Positions 36,423 to 46,453 are shown, counted from the first letter of the stretch. The stretch: DNA of 46,453 nucleotides from Phoronis australis (GCA_002633005.1 NMRA01000627.1:10895-57347), one strand, 5' to 3'. Program-made: numbers and translations. The notes: a model not told the origin generated them from the letters alone.

Positions 36423-36571
36423 CTGTTAAATGACAAAACAACTATTAGGTATTTATAAGGGTTTTTCACAAAATAGCAATCTCATAGCACACTGTCATCG
36501 ACTACATCAATCCTTTCTGCCATGCAGTGATAATTTAAATAACAACATTATGAAGAAAAAGGAAAATGTAC

Positions 36572-38165
36572 AACAATAACAACCCGGAGTGTTGATATGC
36601 GTTCACCATGCGCATCGCACGCACCTTAGAAGAGACAAGGGATGATCATTATTCTAAACATTCCCACTAAAGAGAGCAATTAATGCCAATAAACTTAAAA
36701 TTGTCTCTGAGTGTTGAAAAGCAATTCAGCAATGCTGTCCTCAATAGGAACACGTCTGCCAGCTTTCTTCATAATTTTTCACACAGTTTGAAGGATAGGG
36801 AGGCGGACAAAGGACAGAATGAAAAATAATGAAAAGTCACTAATGCTTACAACTTGGTTTAAATCTGTCTGAAAAAGGCTAGTGCTGCCATCTATGTTAC
36901 AGTGACAAATTTCCCAAATTTCATGCACATCCAAGGAGGAACTTGCTAGACATATCAAGAAAACTACAAAGAAAAACAAAATGTCTAAGTGGGTACTCTG
37001 GATTTGACCAAAAATACACGTCAGCTGTAATCCCCCACATAAAAGCACAAAAAAGTCATGTAATTTGATAAAGAACTACCAAGGACGTTAACATATTATA
37101 AGAAATTCATAATGATCTTAAATGTGGTTTGGTCGATAGTGAGGCAGATGCCAAAAACCTGAGACCTCTACATGACACACAAAACGTCCAATCCATCCGA
37201 AAAAGGAAACTGTTGTAGTCTCCATAACAACTGGGCTATTAGCCAAATTTCATGAAAATCTGGAAAGGATATAGAAGAAAATATGAAAAAATTAAATTGC
37301 CACCAGGGTACACAACAGTATTCAGATATGCCTGAAACTCATTGTCATCCCACGCTACGTTCAAAGAAACGTACTTTCCTGATTTCACAGAAATCCTGCA
37401 AGGGATTTAGGACGCAAAATAACCAGTAGAGGGCACTGCAGTGATCAAAGCAATGCAAAAATCATAGTCAGTGGGAACACATATACCAATTTTCACAATG
37501 ATAATTATAGTACTTCGGGCAATACAGAGGCAGATGCCAACTAGAAACTAATAAAAATGGCCAGTAGGTGGCGTATGCTATGTCAAATCCATCTGAAGAG
37601 GGGAATTATAAAGGTAATATTCAAAGCTATTTGCAAATTTCATGACAATCTGTCTGAAAGTCATCCTCTTCCATTGTCACTTTCATAGAAAAACACTTGT
37701 CAAATGTACATACATCCTGCATAGCGTTTAGGAGATAAATGCAGTGGATGCAAAAAACACAACTGCGACAAGGAGATGTCACAGTTGTGGGAATTTTCCG
37801 TAAATAATTTTCAGCCTTGTTCTTCTCAGTAGCAACATCTATGCCAATTTTCATAATGATCCTCAGAGTGCTTTAGTTGAGAGAGGCAAGCAAAAATAAA
37901 AACAATGTCCACTAGGGGACACAGAATACACTAAATTCATCCCAAAACGGGAAGATGGTCTCCTGCCAAATTTCATGAAAATGTGTCCAGGCATTTTGAA
38001 GACACAAAGTCAATGTAAAAAAAAATAAAATTGCTGCTACGGAACACACTGGTAGTCTGATCTGTCAGAAAATTTGGTTCTGCCATCCCATCCAATACAG
38101 GAAAACATCTGCAAAAACTTAATGACTATCTAGCAGATGTCAGACGGGGATGATAGCATAATGCA
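36572..38165. mobile_element. Old, diverged copy of the pearl/HINE family seen at 6978-8930
   Basis: The start AACAACCCGGAGTGTTGATATGCG resembles AGCAACGCAGAGCGTTGAAATGCG; internal AAAAATGGCCAGTAGGTGGCG..ATGTCAAATCCATCTGAA and CCAAATTTCATGAAAAT; the end GATGATAGCATAATGC matches GATGACGGCATAATGC. Confidence 0.75.
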
Positions 38166-38169
38166 CACA

Positions 38170-38445
38170 GTGTCATGCACACACATGCAAGGACACGTAC
38201 ATGGTGCACACACATGCAAGCACACGTACACGGTGCACACGCATGCAAGCACGCATACATGGTGCACACGCATGCAAGCACGCATACATGGTGCACACGC
38301 ATGCAAGCACACATACATGGTGCACACGCATGCAAGCACGCGTACATGGTGCACACACATGCAAGCACACGTACATGGTGCATACGCCATGCAAGCACAC
38401 GTATATGGTGCATACGCATGCAAGCACGCGTATATGGTGCATACA
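38170..38445. repeat. 29-bp minisatellite, about 9-10 copies, rich in alternating purine-pyrimidine
   Basis: Unit CATGGTGCACACGCATGCAAGCACGCATA; explains the six overlapping ORFs here. Confidence 0.95.
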
Positions 38446-38519
38446 AAACTGAGCAATGAGCGGAAGCTACTCAATAATTTACATGTGACAAGTTGCAATG
38501 TAATAACCACAGATCATAC

Positions 38520-38636
38520 CTTCAGGGCACTTGCACTTAAAGTATGGGTATACGTTAAGAATACGACATCCCAGCCGACGGACTTTGCATTTTTCACAGA
38601 AGTCAATCTTGGTTTCACAGTTGGTACCTGTATAAT
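38520..38636 (-). CDS. Exon 3; divergent EGF repeat
   Basis: cag|...|gtatga, phase 1->1: DYTGTNCETKIDFCEKCKVRRLGCRILNVYPYFKCKCPE. Confidence 0.9.
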
Positions 38637-39273
38637 CTGTAAGAAACACTGGACAGTGCTCATGAAATTTCAAGTTAATTGCCTTCTATTCATACGCATA
38701 TTAACTTTAATTAACAAATTGTGAAGAATTATCCATATACATGTTTTTCATTCTCATAAATAAGAAACATTTTACCACAAATTACAAAGACACCAAACAC
38801 TGCAGCTTTCCTGTTAATTTCTGACTGTGACCGACAGAGTGTACTATTCCCAAGCAAACATGTCAGACGGTTCAACAACATTTAGAGGAGAAAATAATTT
38901 TTGATGTTAAGAAAACATGAAGTTTGTTCACAGATTCAAGGACACAGCATGTTCTTCAAATACAGCAGGCGGCACATAACGTGTCATTCCTAATGTCCTC
39001 AAGAGCCCTGTTTTGGAGCCACTGAAGTCTGATATAAGGTCCTATTATGTGAAGTAGAGCAACAGCAATGGCTTCATAGCAATAAAACAGCGGCTAAAAT
39101 ACATCGTGGACCGATTTTTTTTAAATGTTTGGTTTCTGAAATTGAATTCTTCACAAAAAGTTGAGATCATTTTTACTCAAAGAAATACTAACAATAAAAA
39201 TTGGCAATTCCAAATAGATGTGTTAAGTTCAAGTTCTCTATTACCCGTAGACGAATGGTTTTAGTAACACTAA

Positions 39274-39432
39274 TAATTGCAGGCGGTCTGATACACGTAC
39301 CAGATGTGCGCAGGCCGCGCATGTGGGCCCATTGCATTGTTCACCTGGAACCATTTTTATGCTTTATTAATATATAGTTAAGACCACGGTGGCCCAGCGG
39401 GCATGTATTGCACTAGGCCACACTGCCTCCTC
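39274..39432 (-). mobile_element. tRNA-derived SINE, copy 4 (internally deleted)
   Basis: Same tail and 5' end as copy 1 but lacking the B-box segment; TSD TAACACTAA at 39265-39273 and 39433-39441. Confidence 0.85.
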
Positions 39433-39866
39433 TAACACTAAGAACTGTGGTAGACAATTGACCTGCAACTGTAGTGATACCAGATCAAATAGTAACACTA
39501 TGAACCATGGTAGATAATTGTCCTGCAAGTGTAGTGATGTCAGACCAAAGAGCATGGGAACACATAACTAGATTGATACCTGGACGTGTCTCGATTTAGA
39601 AATCACTAATGCTTGGAGTTAAAACTAAATTAGAGGTTTTTGTAATGTGAACAAGATAATTGTTATCCTGCCTAATCTGCTCTAACTCCACTTAATTTAG
39701 GTGAAACTAAATGCTATGAGAGTATGACAGTGACTGTCCTTTGAATGACAAGTGATACTGATGCAGCTAAACAGGCCAATCCCACTATTAGGTACACACT
39801 CCCTGGTGAGTTGAGAAGGGATAGATGGAACATATACAAATAGTTAATTATATGCCATAAACAAAC

Positions 39867-39991
39867 CTTTATTGCAGACACACCATGTCGTTTCACTATT
39901 TTCATAACACTGTCCATGTACACAAGGTCTGGTGTTAGCACAGAGACTGCTCTTTTGTTGACACAAATTGCCTTCAATGCCAGGTGGACAC
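39867..39991 (-). CDS. Exon 2; EGF repeat
   Basis: tag|...|gtttgt, phase 2->1, in frame with exon 1: QCPPGIEGNLCQQKSSLCANTRPCVHGQCYENSETTWCVCNK. Confidence 0.9.
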
Positions 39992-40212
39992 CTACAATGA
40001 TGAAGGAAGAACAGTCAAATATGCAAGTGACATGCAAACGTAGATTTTCTCAGTTATAATGCCAGCTCAAACTTGAGCTTTAGAACACATTTTTGCAACA
40101 ATTTCATTTTGAAAAGCTCAAAGTTCACAGTAAAGTGTGTTTACAAAATTGTAGATTTTACCTATGGCCTCCAGTTCTTACAAACCATGTTAAATGTCAG
40201 GATAATACTTAC

Positions 40213-40312
40213 TGGCACTTGAACTCCGAGCCAAACAATGGTGTACACGTTCCATTGTTTTGACAAGGATTGGTCTGACAAGCTGTCACATTCTCGACAT
40301 CACATCTTTTTC
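40213..40312 (-). CDS. Exon 1 (first found in window) of uninflatable/SVEP1-like multidomain extracellular protein; EGF repeat
   Basis: cag|...|gtaagt boundaries, phase 1->2; translates GKRCDVENVTACQTNPCQNNGTCTPLFGSEFKC, a classic EGF pattern (CxxNPCQNNGTC). Confidence 0.92.
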
Positions 40313-40507
40313 CTGTGCGCAAGAGATACAACATTTGAGAAACATTAATTTGCTAAATCATTGATCACTGCATCAAGTTTGTATCAAAGATTATCCAGAG
40401 AAATAGCCACAGTTCTTTCAAAACCATTTAAAGACGTGAAGTCCAAGAATAAACTGTATGTCTAACTTGGGCACACAAATGTACTGACAAAACTTTGGCA
40501 ATGTTTC

Positions 40508-40746
40508 GATGACAATATGAGGGGTGCTGATGATGATAAGATGAGGGGTGCTGATGATGATAATATATGGGATGCTGATGATGATAACATACAGAGTGCT
40601 GACGATAATATAAGGGGTGCTGAGAATGATAATAAACGGAGTGTTGATGATGATAACATAAGGGGTGCTGATGATGATAATATAAGGGTTGCTGATGATA
40701 ATATAATGGGTGCTGATAATGATTATATAAGGAGTGCTAATGATGC
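40508..40746. repeat. ~24-bp minisatellite, about 10 copies
   Basis: Unit GATGATGATAATATAAGGGGTGCT with GAT-number variation. Confidence 0.92.
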
Positions 40747-40814
40747 CCACAAATGACGCCAAATATGTCAAATCCATCCAAAAACAAGAATATGGCATCG
40801 CTTCAATAGAAAGC

Positions 40815-41012
40815 GATTAACCAAATTTCATAAAAATCTGTCAAGCAGCTTCGTTTGTTGTCAAGGGTGTGAGATATGGTGAAATTTCTACATATGAAGA
40901 CAACAGTGTTTTTGGCAGCAAATGAATTTAGTGATTTACATAGTACTAACTGCAACAGCGGACGCCGGATGAACAGACAGACAGACAGAGATAACGGCAT
41001 AATGTGCCTGGC
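40815..41012. mobile_element. End fragment of another pearl/HINE-like element
   Basis: CCAAATTTCATAAAAATC, CAGCGGACGCC, (ACAG)n and GATAACGGCATAATG all match 8808-8905. Confidence 0.65.
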
Positions 41013-41017
41013 CACAA

Positions 41018-41081
<64 letters not shown>

Positions 41082-41083
41082 AT
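41018..41083. repeat. (CA)/(TA)n microsatellite at the LINE 3' end
   Basis: Direct inspection. Confidence 0.97.
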
Positions 41084-41147
41084 TCAATAACTAGGCCTCC
41101 GGCCCTTGTTACAATCAAATCATCATCAAATACAATAAAGGTAAGTG

Positions 41148-43874
41148 TCAAACACTAGAAGTAAACCGAATTCTTCTTCGCTTGAATGCGAAATGAACAT
41201 GTTTACATGTTGACCAATAAATAAGATCTTTTACCTCCATAGTCATGAGTCTGTTGAATTTTGTAACATTGGGATTGTTGTAGCTCCATGCACGCAAATA
41301 TCGTTTCCTAAGGTCATCGTAGAATGGGCATTCGATAACAAAATGATATTCTGACTCGACATATGTCCTAACAAAGAGAGGGCATAACCTTTCTGTTCTG
41401 CTAAGTTTCAATTGTCTACCCTTTTCAATCATTAGTGCATGCGCTGAACATCTCAATCTCACCATATCAGATCTAACATTTACATTGTCAATTACATCTA
41501 AATAGTTTTCAAAACATATATTTAACTTAAAAGTTATGTAAGTTTCCAGCTTAATCGAATTGTTCAAAATATCTTGCCATTTTTGCTGATCAATATCTTT
41601 GCATTTTTGTTTAAAAAGTGATGTGAAGCTTGTCTCGGAACCTACACCCTGATTATACCATGCTTCTCCAAAACCAAACTGAAATAACAATTTCTTAACA
41701 TCATTAACCCAGCACGGTTTATTAACATTTTCCGTCATATTGTACTGCCATTCATAGCAATGATATGTAATTTTTGACTCATCGGTTTTTAATAGTTTTA
41801 ACCAATATTTCATAATTCTAGGAAGTCGGTAAGCAATCAAGGAGTAACGACCCATCTCACCTCTAGCAGTCGATGAAATTGCCGTGCTAGGCAAATTTAA
41901 AATTTCTTTACAAAATTTTGTGTGGACTATTTCAATACATTCGCAATCATTAAAACCCCAGATCTCACAGCCATAATGAAGTATCGGCAATATTTTACAA
42001 TCGAATAATTTTAAACTAACTTTAACAGGGAGTGCATTAAAACCATTGACATTTTTTCTCATCAAATTCACTGCCTTAGTAGCCTGTAATGATAGAGTTT
42101 TCTGTGCGCAAGACCACGAACCTTTCGTAGTAAACATTAATCCTAGATATTTGTATGCATTTACAATATTAACAGTATTCCCATCATACGTCCATTTTTC
42201 ATACGATCGTAACATTCCACCTTTTCTGAAAACAATTATCTTAGTCTTCGACATGTTAACAATCAATTTCCATTTCTGGCTATACTCATATAAAATGTTC
42301 AATTTTTTCTGCAGTCCTTTCACACTATAAGAAAATAAAACCAAATCATCAGCAAACAGCAGATGCAATAATTCAGCTGATCCCATGGAAATTGTTTCAC
42401 CTCCCCCGGATTCTAATTCTTGTTCGAGATCGTTTATAAATAAAATAAACAAAAACGGTGATAGCTGAGAGCCTTGTTTTAGACCATTATGACAATCAAA
42501 GAACTCCGTGTAGCTTCCGTTACTCATTTTCACGCACGCTTTTACTTCAGCGTACATTGCTTTTATTATCTTATACATCTTACCTTCTATGCGATTGTTT
42601 CTTAATTTAAAATACAATGCGCTTCTATATATACTGTCATAAGCTGCCTTAAAATCCACGAAAGCACAATAGAATCTACCTTTATCTCGTGTCAAATATT
42701 TAATTATTAACGTATATAAAGCAAACATGTGATCCACCGTACTGTGTCCTTTCCTAAACGCAGCTTGAGACATACTAATTACGTTTTCTCTTTCCGACCA
42801 TTTTTGAAGTCGCTGGCACAATATTTTTTCGAATATTTTGGCCGTGACTTGCATGAGGGATATTCCTCTGAAATTTTCAGGAATTTTGGTACCGCCCTTA
42901 AATATCGGTACTATAATGGATTTTGTCCATTCTTTTGGAAACACACCATTTTTAAAAAAGTAGTTGTAAAGCTGGAACAGCGAATCTACCAACTTTTTAT
43001 CAGCATACTTGTAGAACTCAATGCTAATTTTATCACATCCTGGCGAAGTTCCATCTTTCATACTACCGATGGTTTGTATAATTTCGTCTTTTGTGATTTC
43101 AGCGTCCAACTCCATATCAACAACTGCATTACTTGAATTGATGTCATTTTTTACTGAGTTCTCAATAAAAGCATGAAACTCAGCGAACTCCGGATTAGTA
43201 ACAAAATATTGGCCTTCGAACAGAGAGCTGAAATAATTTATCCATTCCTCCGGTTTAATATTCGTTGATACACCTTTCTTCTTAATATTAAATGCGCGCC
43301 AGAATTTTTTACTGTCTTTACTCTCCACAGCTGATTTCAAAGTTTTGTAATGTTTTCTTTTACACTCTATCTGTTTCACTTTTTTTAAGTTTCCATAATC
43401 CCTTCTAGCTTGTACATATAGAGTTCGGCAAATGTTTTCTCTCAGTGTTCCAATACTGAATCTAAAATTACATAATTTTTGCCTAACGACAGCTCTCATC
43501 TCCCTACAATCAGCGTCAAACCATTTGGGAAAACTAACTGGGTTATAAGATATGTTCACTTTTGGTTTTAACATGTCTGCAGCACATAATTTAATGGCTT
43601 CCATTAAACTTTCTACACTTGAATCTATGGTCGAGGGTAAATGACTCTGCACGTCAGCGAGCAACTGATCCACCTCCGGGCTCGACCAGTTTTCTGCATA
43701 TCTTAGGCTCAACCCCTCGTTCCATTTATAAACATTTTCATTCTGTTCATCTCGAGCCCACTTGTTTTGCTGCATCTTACACATACTAAAAATCAATGGA
43801 AAGTGCGCAGTCGATTCACATATTTCACCGATTTCAAAACCGTCTACACAGTACAATAAATCCTTGCTCATCAT
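41148..43874 (-). CDS. LINE ORF2, uninterrupted part (reverse transcriptase + C-terminal domain)
   Basis: 908-aa ORF with SPGCDKI, NFRGISL, QAAFRKGHSTVDH, AFVDFKAAYDSI, GLKQGSQLSP, LLFADDLVL, YKYLG and RLRCSAHALMIEKGR..ERLC..EYHFVIECP. Confidence 0.95.
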   Translation of the reverse strand: MMSKDLLYCVDGFEIGEICESTAHFPLIFSMCKMQQNKWARDEQNENVYKWNEGLSLRYAENWSSPEVDQLLADVQSHLPSTIDSSVESLMEAIKLCAADMLKPKVNISYNPVSFPKWFDADCREMRAVVRQKLCNFRFSIGTLRENICRTLYVQARRDYGNLKKVKQIECKRKHYKTLKSAVESKDSKKFWRAFNIKKKGVSTNIKPEEWINYFSSLFEGQYFVTNPEFAEFHAFIENSVKNDINSSNAVVDMELDAEITKDEIIQTIGSMKDGTSPGCDKISIEFYKYADKKLVDSLFQLYNYFFKNGVFPKEWTKSIIVPIFKGGTKIPENFRGISLMQVTAKIFEKILCQRLQKWSERENVISMSQAAFRKGHSTVDHMFALYTLIIKYLTRDKGRFYCAFVDFKAAYDSIYRSALYFKLRNNRIEGKMYKIIKAMYAEVKACVKMSNGSYTEFFDCHNGLKQGSQLSPFLFILFINDLEQELESGGGETISMGSAELLHLLFADDLVLFSYSVKGLQKKLNILYEYSQKWKLIVNMSKTKIIVFRKGGMLRSYEKWTYDGNTVNIVNAYKYLGLMFTTKGSWSCAQKTLSLQATKAVNLMRKNVNGFNALPVKVSLKLFDCKILPILHYGCEIWGFNDCECIEIVHTKFCKEILNLPSTAISSTARGEMGRYSLIAYRLPRIMKYWLKLLKTDESKITYHCYEWQYNMTENVNKPCWVNDVKKLLFQFGFGEAWYNQGVGSETSFTSLFKQKCKDIDQQKWQDILNNSIKLETYITFKLNICFENYLDVIDNVNVRSDMVRLRCSAHALMIEKGRQLKLSRTERLCPLFVRTYVESEYHFVIECPFYDDLRKRYLRAWSYNNPNVTKFNRLMTMEVKDLIYWSTCKHVHFAFKRRRIRFTSSV

Positions 43875-44624
43875 GACATAATCAACAACACTACATCCAT
43901 TATAAGTTACACATGTTACACTACCAATGTTTGCATCTTTCCCTACTCTTCCATTCAGAATTCTTATCTCATTTCTTTGACAAAAATCTAATAATTCTGT
44001 ACCAAACTCATTTACCTCACCATTATCTTGTGAGGTCCTAACAACACAGGCAATCTTCTACATAACTAACACAATCAAAAATAGCACTGGATTCATCCAT
44101 ATACTTAATACTGTCATCTGCAATAAAGTCTGGCCTGTTACGTGTACGAGCATTAAAATCGCCCATAATTAAAAGGTGACAATCCCCTCTCATTTCAGCA
44201 GTATAACCTTGTACCTCCCGCTCACGTGTTTTCATTATTTCCAAATTTTTACTTGAACTTTTTGGAGACTGATACACAACTGCAACTAAAACAGGATACA
44301 GATAATCGGGTAGGTCAATTTTTACCCATAAAACGTCACACGAACTTGAAGGAAGCCTAATAGCCCCCAATAATCCTTACAAAATAATACTACACCGCCA
44401 GAATTCCGAAATGCTTGACGGTGTTTATTTCTCACCGACCCAAAACACTGGTACCCTTCCAGTGAAAACTCATCTACATTCATTCCCTATGTTTCAACAA
44501 AAGCGATAATATCATATGAACATATCATATTTACAAAATCAGATCTCTGTATTTTATGCTTTAGACCTTCGATATAACAAATAAATTTCCATGACGACTT
44601 GTCTTGCGGGCCTTGGCCTAACCT
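43875..44624 (-). pseudogene. LINE APE endonuclease region, inactivated
   Basis: In-frame TAG replacing the W of ETW (44487-44489) and frameshifts near 44370 and 44045. Confidence 0.85.
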
Positions 44625-44904
44625 CTAGTGCTGGTTCAACTGAGCTTGAGACGAGCTGGCCATGTGGAAAACCTGATCATCATGTTGAACAGCGGCTTCC
44701 GTTCGGGTTGATGGGTGGCGTGGGTCAGCATTAGTCGTGCGGGGTGTGATTTTTACCTTATCGTTCTCTTCTTCGTATACATATACCCTGCCATTATAGA
44801 TTAATTTGTTAAAGCTGATTTTAGCGTTTTCCATGCTGTTTGAATGTGAGAATTCGTACAGCTTTCTCCTTGCCTTCTTAACCCGGATTGAGAAGTCTTC
44901 TGTT
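44625..44904 (-). pseudogene. LINE ORF1 C-terminal fragment
   Basis: TEDFSIRVKKARRKL...AKISFNKLIYNGRVY fits the C-terminal domain pattern of L1-type ORF1 proteins; cut off upstream by a different repeat. Confidence 0.75.
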
Positions 44905-45199
44905 CCCATACCAAAAGACCATGTTTGCCGCAAGCTTGCAGCAAACATGCCGCAAGCTTGCGGCAAACAATTTTGTTTGCAGCAAACCAGCCGCAAAGTT
45001 TGCAGGAGTTTGCCGCTACCCGCAACTCAGCCGCACACATTGCTGCAACCTTGCTGCAAACACTGAAGTTTGCAGGAACGTTGCGGCAAACTTGGTGATT
45101 GAAAAAGTGTTTGCGGGAAAGTTGCAGGAAACTTTATTGTTGAAAAGTGTTTGCGGGAAAGTTGTAGGACACTTTATTGGTGAAAAAATGTTTGCGGGA
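44905..45199. mobile_element. Repeat-rich element (probable non-autonomous DNA transposon end) interrupting LINE ORF1
   Basis: Begins CCCATACC; dense GC(G/A)GCAAAC / GTTTGC motifs in both orientations; perfect palindrome GCCGCAAGCTTGCGGC at 44949-44964; ends at a single N (45200). Confidence 0.55.
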
Positions 45200-46453
45200 N
45201 GATCACGTAAGATAGAGTTCTCTTCCCTTGACGTGGCATACTCGCGTCTGAGAGACTCAAACTCGTTGGACAGCTTAAACAGAACCTACGGTAGAGTTTA
45301 GTAACGCTTGTAGCTACGCCAGGGCCTCGCTAAAAACCAAGACTTCGCGAGACTATTTGAGATGTCGCTGTGTATTTTAAAATGAGAATATGTGATTTCG
45401 GTTAGATTTTTCTAGCCGCGAGACAGCTACGGAATTCTACCCAGGTCTCAACTTGTTCTCAATTTAAAGACGATTTGTAAGGCTGCTTGGTCCTCACGGC
45501 GAGCTTGGTCTCAAGGTATGGCGAACTGCCATTTCCAAGACCAGAAACCCTTCCCTGTCTCAGTAAGAAAGAAACTGAGACCATTTTTATAGGGTGGCAA
45601 GTTCTCTGTATCAAATTTCAGGTACTCTAATTAAAGGCGAATAACAATCACGTTTCACTGCTAAAACCTTTAACTGGTAGACACGTTACATTTACTGTAC
45701 TTTTGATGCATTGATGTTCTGCATATTTTAAACACACCAATGCACAGATTAGCTGATCAGCGAGGGGTCGATATCGACCTCCAGACTCGGCAATGCCCTT
45801 TAGGGAGTCGAGCGGATCATCGAGGGGGAGGGCTGAACATTGTGTTATGACATCCTACGCTACGCTTTTAAACATGTTTTGTTTTCCGGTAGCAGATTTC
45901 CCTCGTCAGCCTCTTGCACTGCGCGTTTGAAACATGTTTCATATCCACACTGAAGTTTTCACGCAGTTTCAGGATTGTGTTTTTGGAAACACAAGCAAAA
46001 TTGTTGGCAAAACTAAAAGGCATAGTGTTTGAAAAATTCTGGTCTTGGCCAACCACCATCGTTGTAGCCACACTAAGAGATTCTGGACTCGTCAACATGC
46101 AGACCCAATTCATTTTTGTAGTCACAGACAATTACTAAAACTAGGTACAGCATAATGTACTATGCTAGACCACAAATTGTCGCAACTGCATAGACTCAGT
46201 TTAGCAGATATCACGTTTTGTTGACCTTCGACTGCCGGAATTCTTCGCTGCGACATCTTGTGTTTTGTATTGTCGCGCGAACTGTCGTAACACTGTGGAG
46301 ACATTTGAATCACAAATTGTGAAGAGTTGTAGGAGGTTGTACTGAGAACGTGGCAAGCGACGGTCGAGAGAGAGTGGGACAATTCGATGGAACCGGAGGG
46401 ACAAGACTAGTCTCACCCTTGTGAGCCACGAGAATGAGTCGTTAATGGTACAT

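Larger units (their letters stand above)
31137..36537. repeat. 2.7-kb direct tandem duplication (31137-33823 and 33825-36537) joined by a single N
   Basis: Near-identical blocks from GAATATTCTAAAGAGG to GCAGTGATAATTTA; N at 33824; SNP, indel and VNTR differences between copies. Confidence 0.95.
41084..44904 (-). mobile_element. Non-LTR retrotransposon (APE-RT LINE, RTE-X-like), disrupted
   Basis: ORF1 C-terminus, APE motifs (DIIAFVET, RNSGGV, MGDFNART, SVVDYV), RT motifs and a C-terminal Zn-binding region; 3' UTR with GGCC-GGA-GGCC hairpin then (TA)n. The clade assignment rests on recalled motif style only. Confidence 0.9.

Noticed and set aside
38126-38724. Six overlapping His/Cys-rich ORFs (up to 195 aa)
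   Set aside because: Artefact of a stop-poor 29-bp minisatellite; the only supported coding segment is exon 3 on the minus strand.
40418-40798. RGADDDNI acidic-repeat ORF (biomineral-protein-like) and Ile-rich antisense ORF
   Set aside because: Translations of a 24-bp intronic minisatellite; no signal peptide or supporting exon structure.
40803-41151. YIYIYI ORFs
   Set aside because: Translation of the (TA)n microsatellite.
42046-43136. Plus-strand ORFs inside the LINE
   Set aside because: Antisense shadows of the RT ORF with no recognisable motifs.
45745-45870. HDV-like ribozyme at a possible LINE 5' end
   Set aside because: I could not form the P1/P2/P3 nested pseudoknot; kept only as an unexplained hairpin cluster.
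45868-46416. Short ORFs as upstream exons of the host gene
   Set aside because: No EGF-like cysteine spacing or convincing splice-site pair; alternative frames contain stops.

Overview
AT-rich animal (invertebrate-like) genomic DNA containing the middle of one large minus-strand multi-exon gene. I reconstructed 21 phase-compatible GT-AG exons between 40312 and 1679, totalling 3471 nt (1157 codons); both ends of the gene lie outside what I could trace. The encoded extracellular modules are EGF x4, LamG/pentraxin-like, HYR, an atypical C-type lectin, Sushi, an Arg-rich region ending in an RKKR furin-type site, an acidic spacer, and six Cys-rich ephrin-receptor-like (GCC2/GCC3) repeats. This resembles the C-terminal part of uninflatable/SVEP1-type proteins. 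A 2.7-kb block carrying three exons occurs twice, joined at a single N (33824); it is most likely two haplotypes concatenated by the assembler. The introns are packed with mobile DNA: a decayed APE-RT LINE (RTE-X-like), at least four Penelope-like remnants (three with inverted arms and degenerate hammerhead-like motifs), four copies of a tRNA-derived SINE, pearl/HINE-type elements (one with a ~451-bp tandem array rich in CTCF-like motifs), TA-flanked MITEs and several minisatellites. No prokaryotic system or CRISPR array is present. All calls were made by eye, without database searches.
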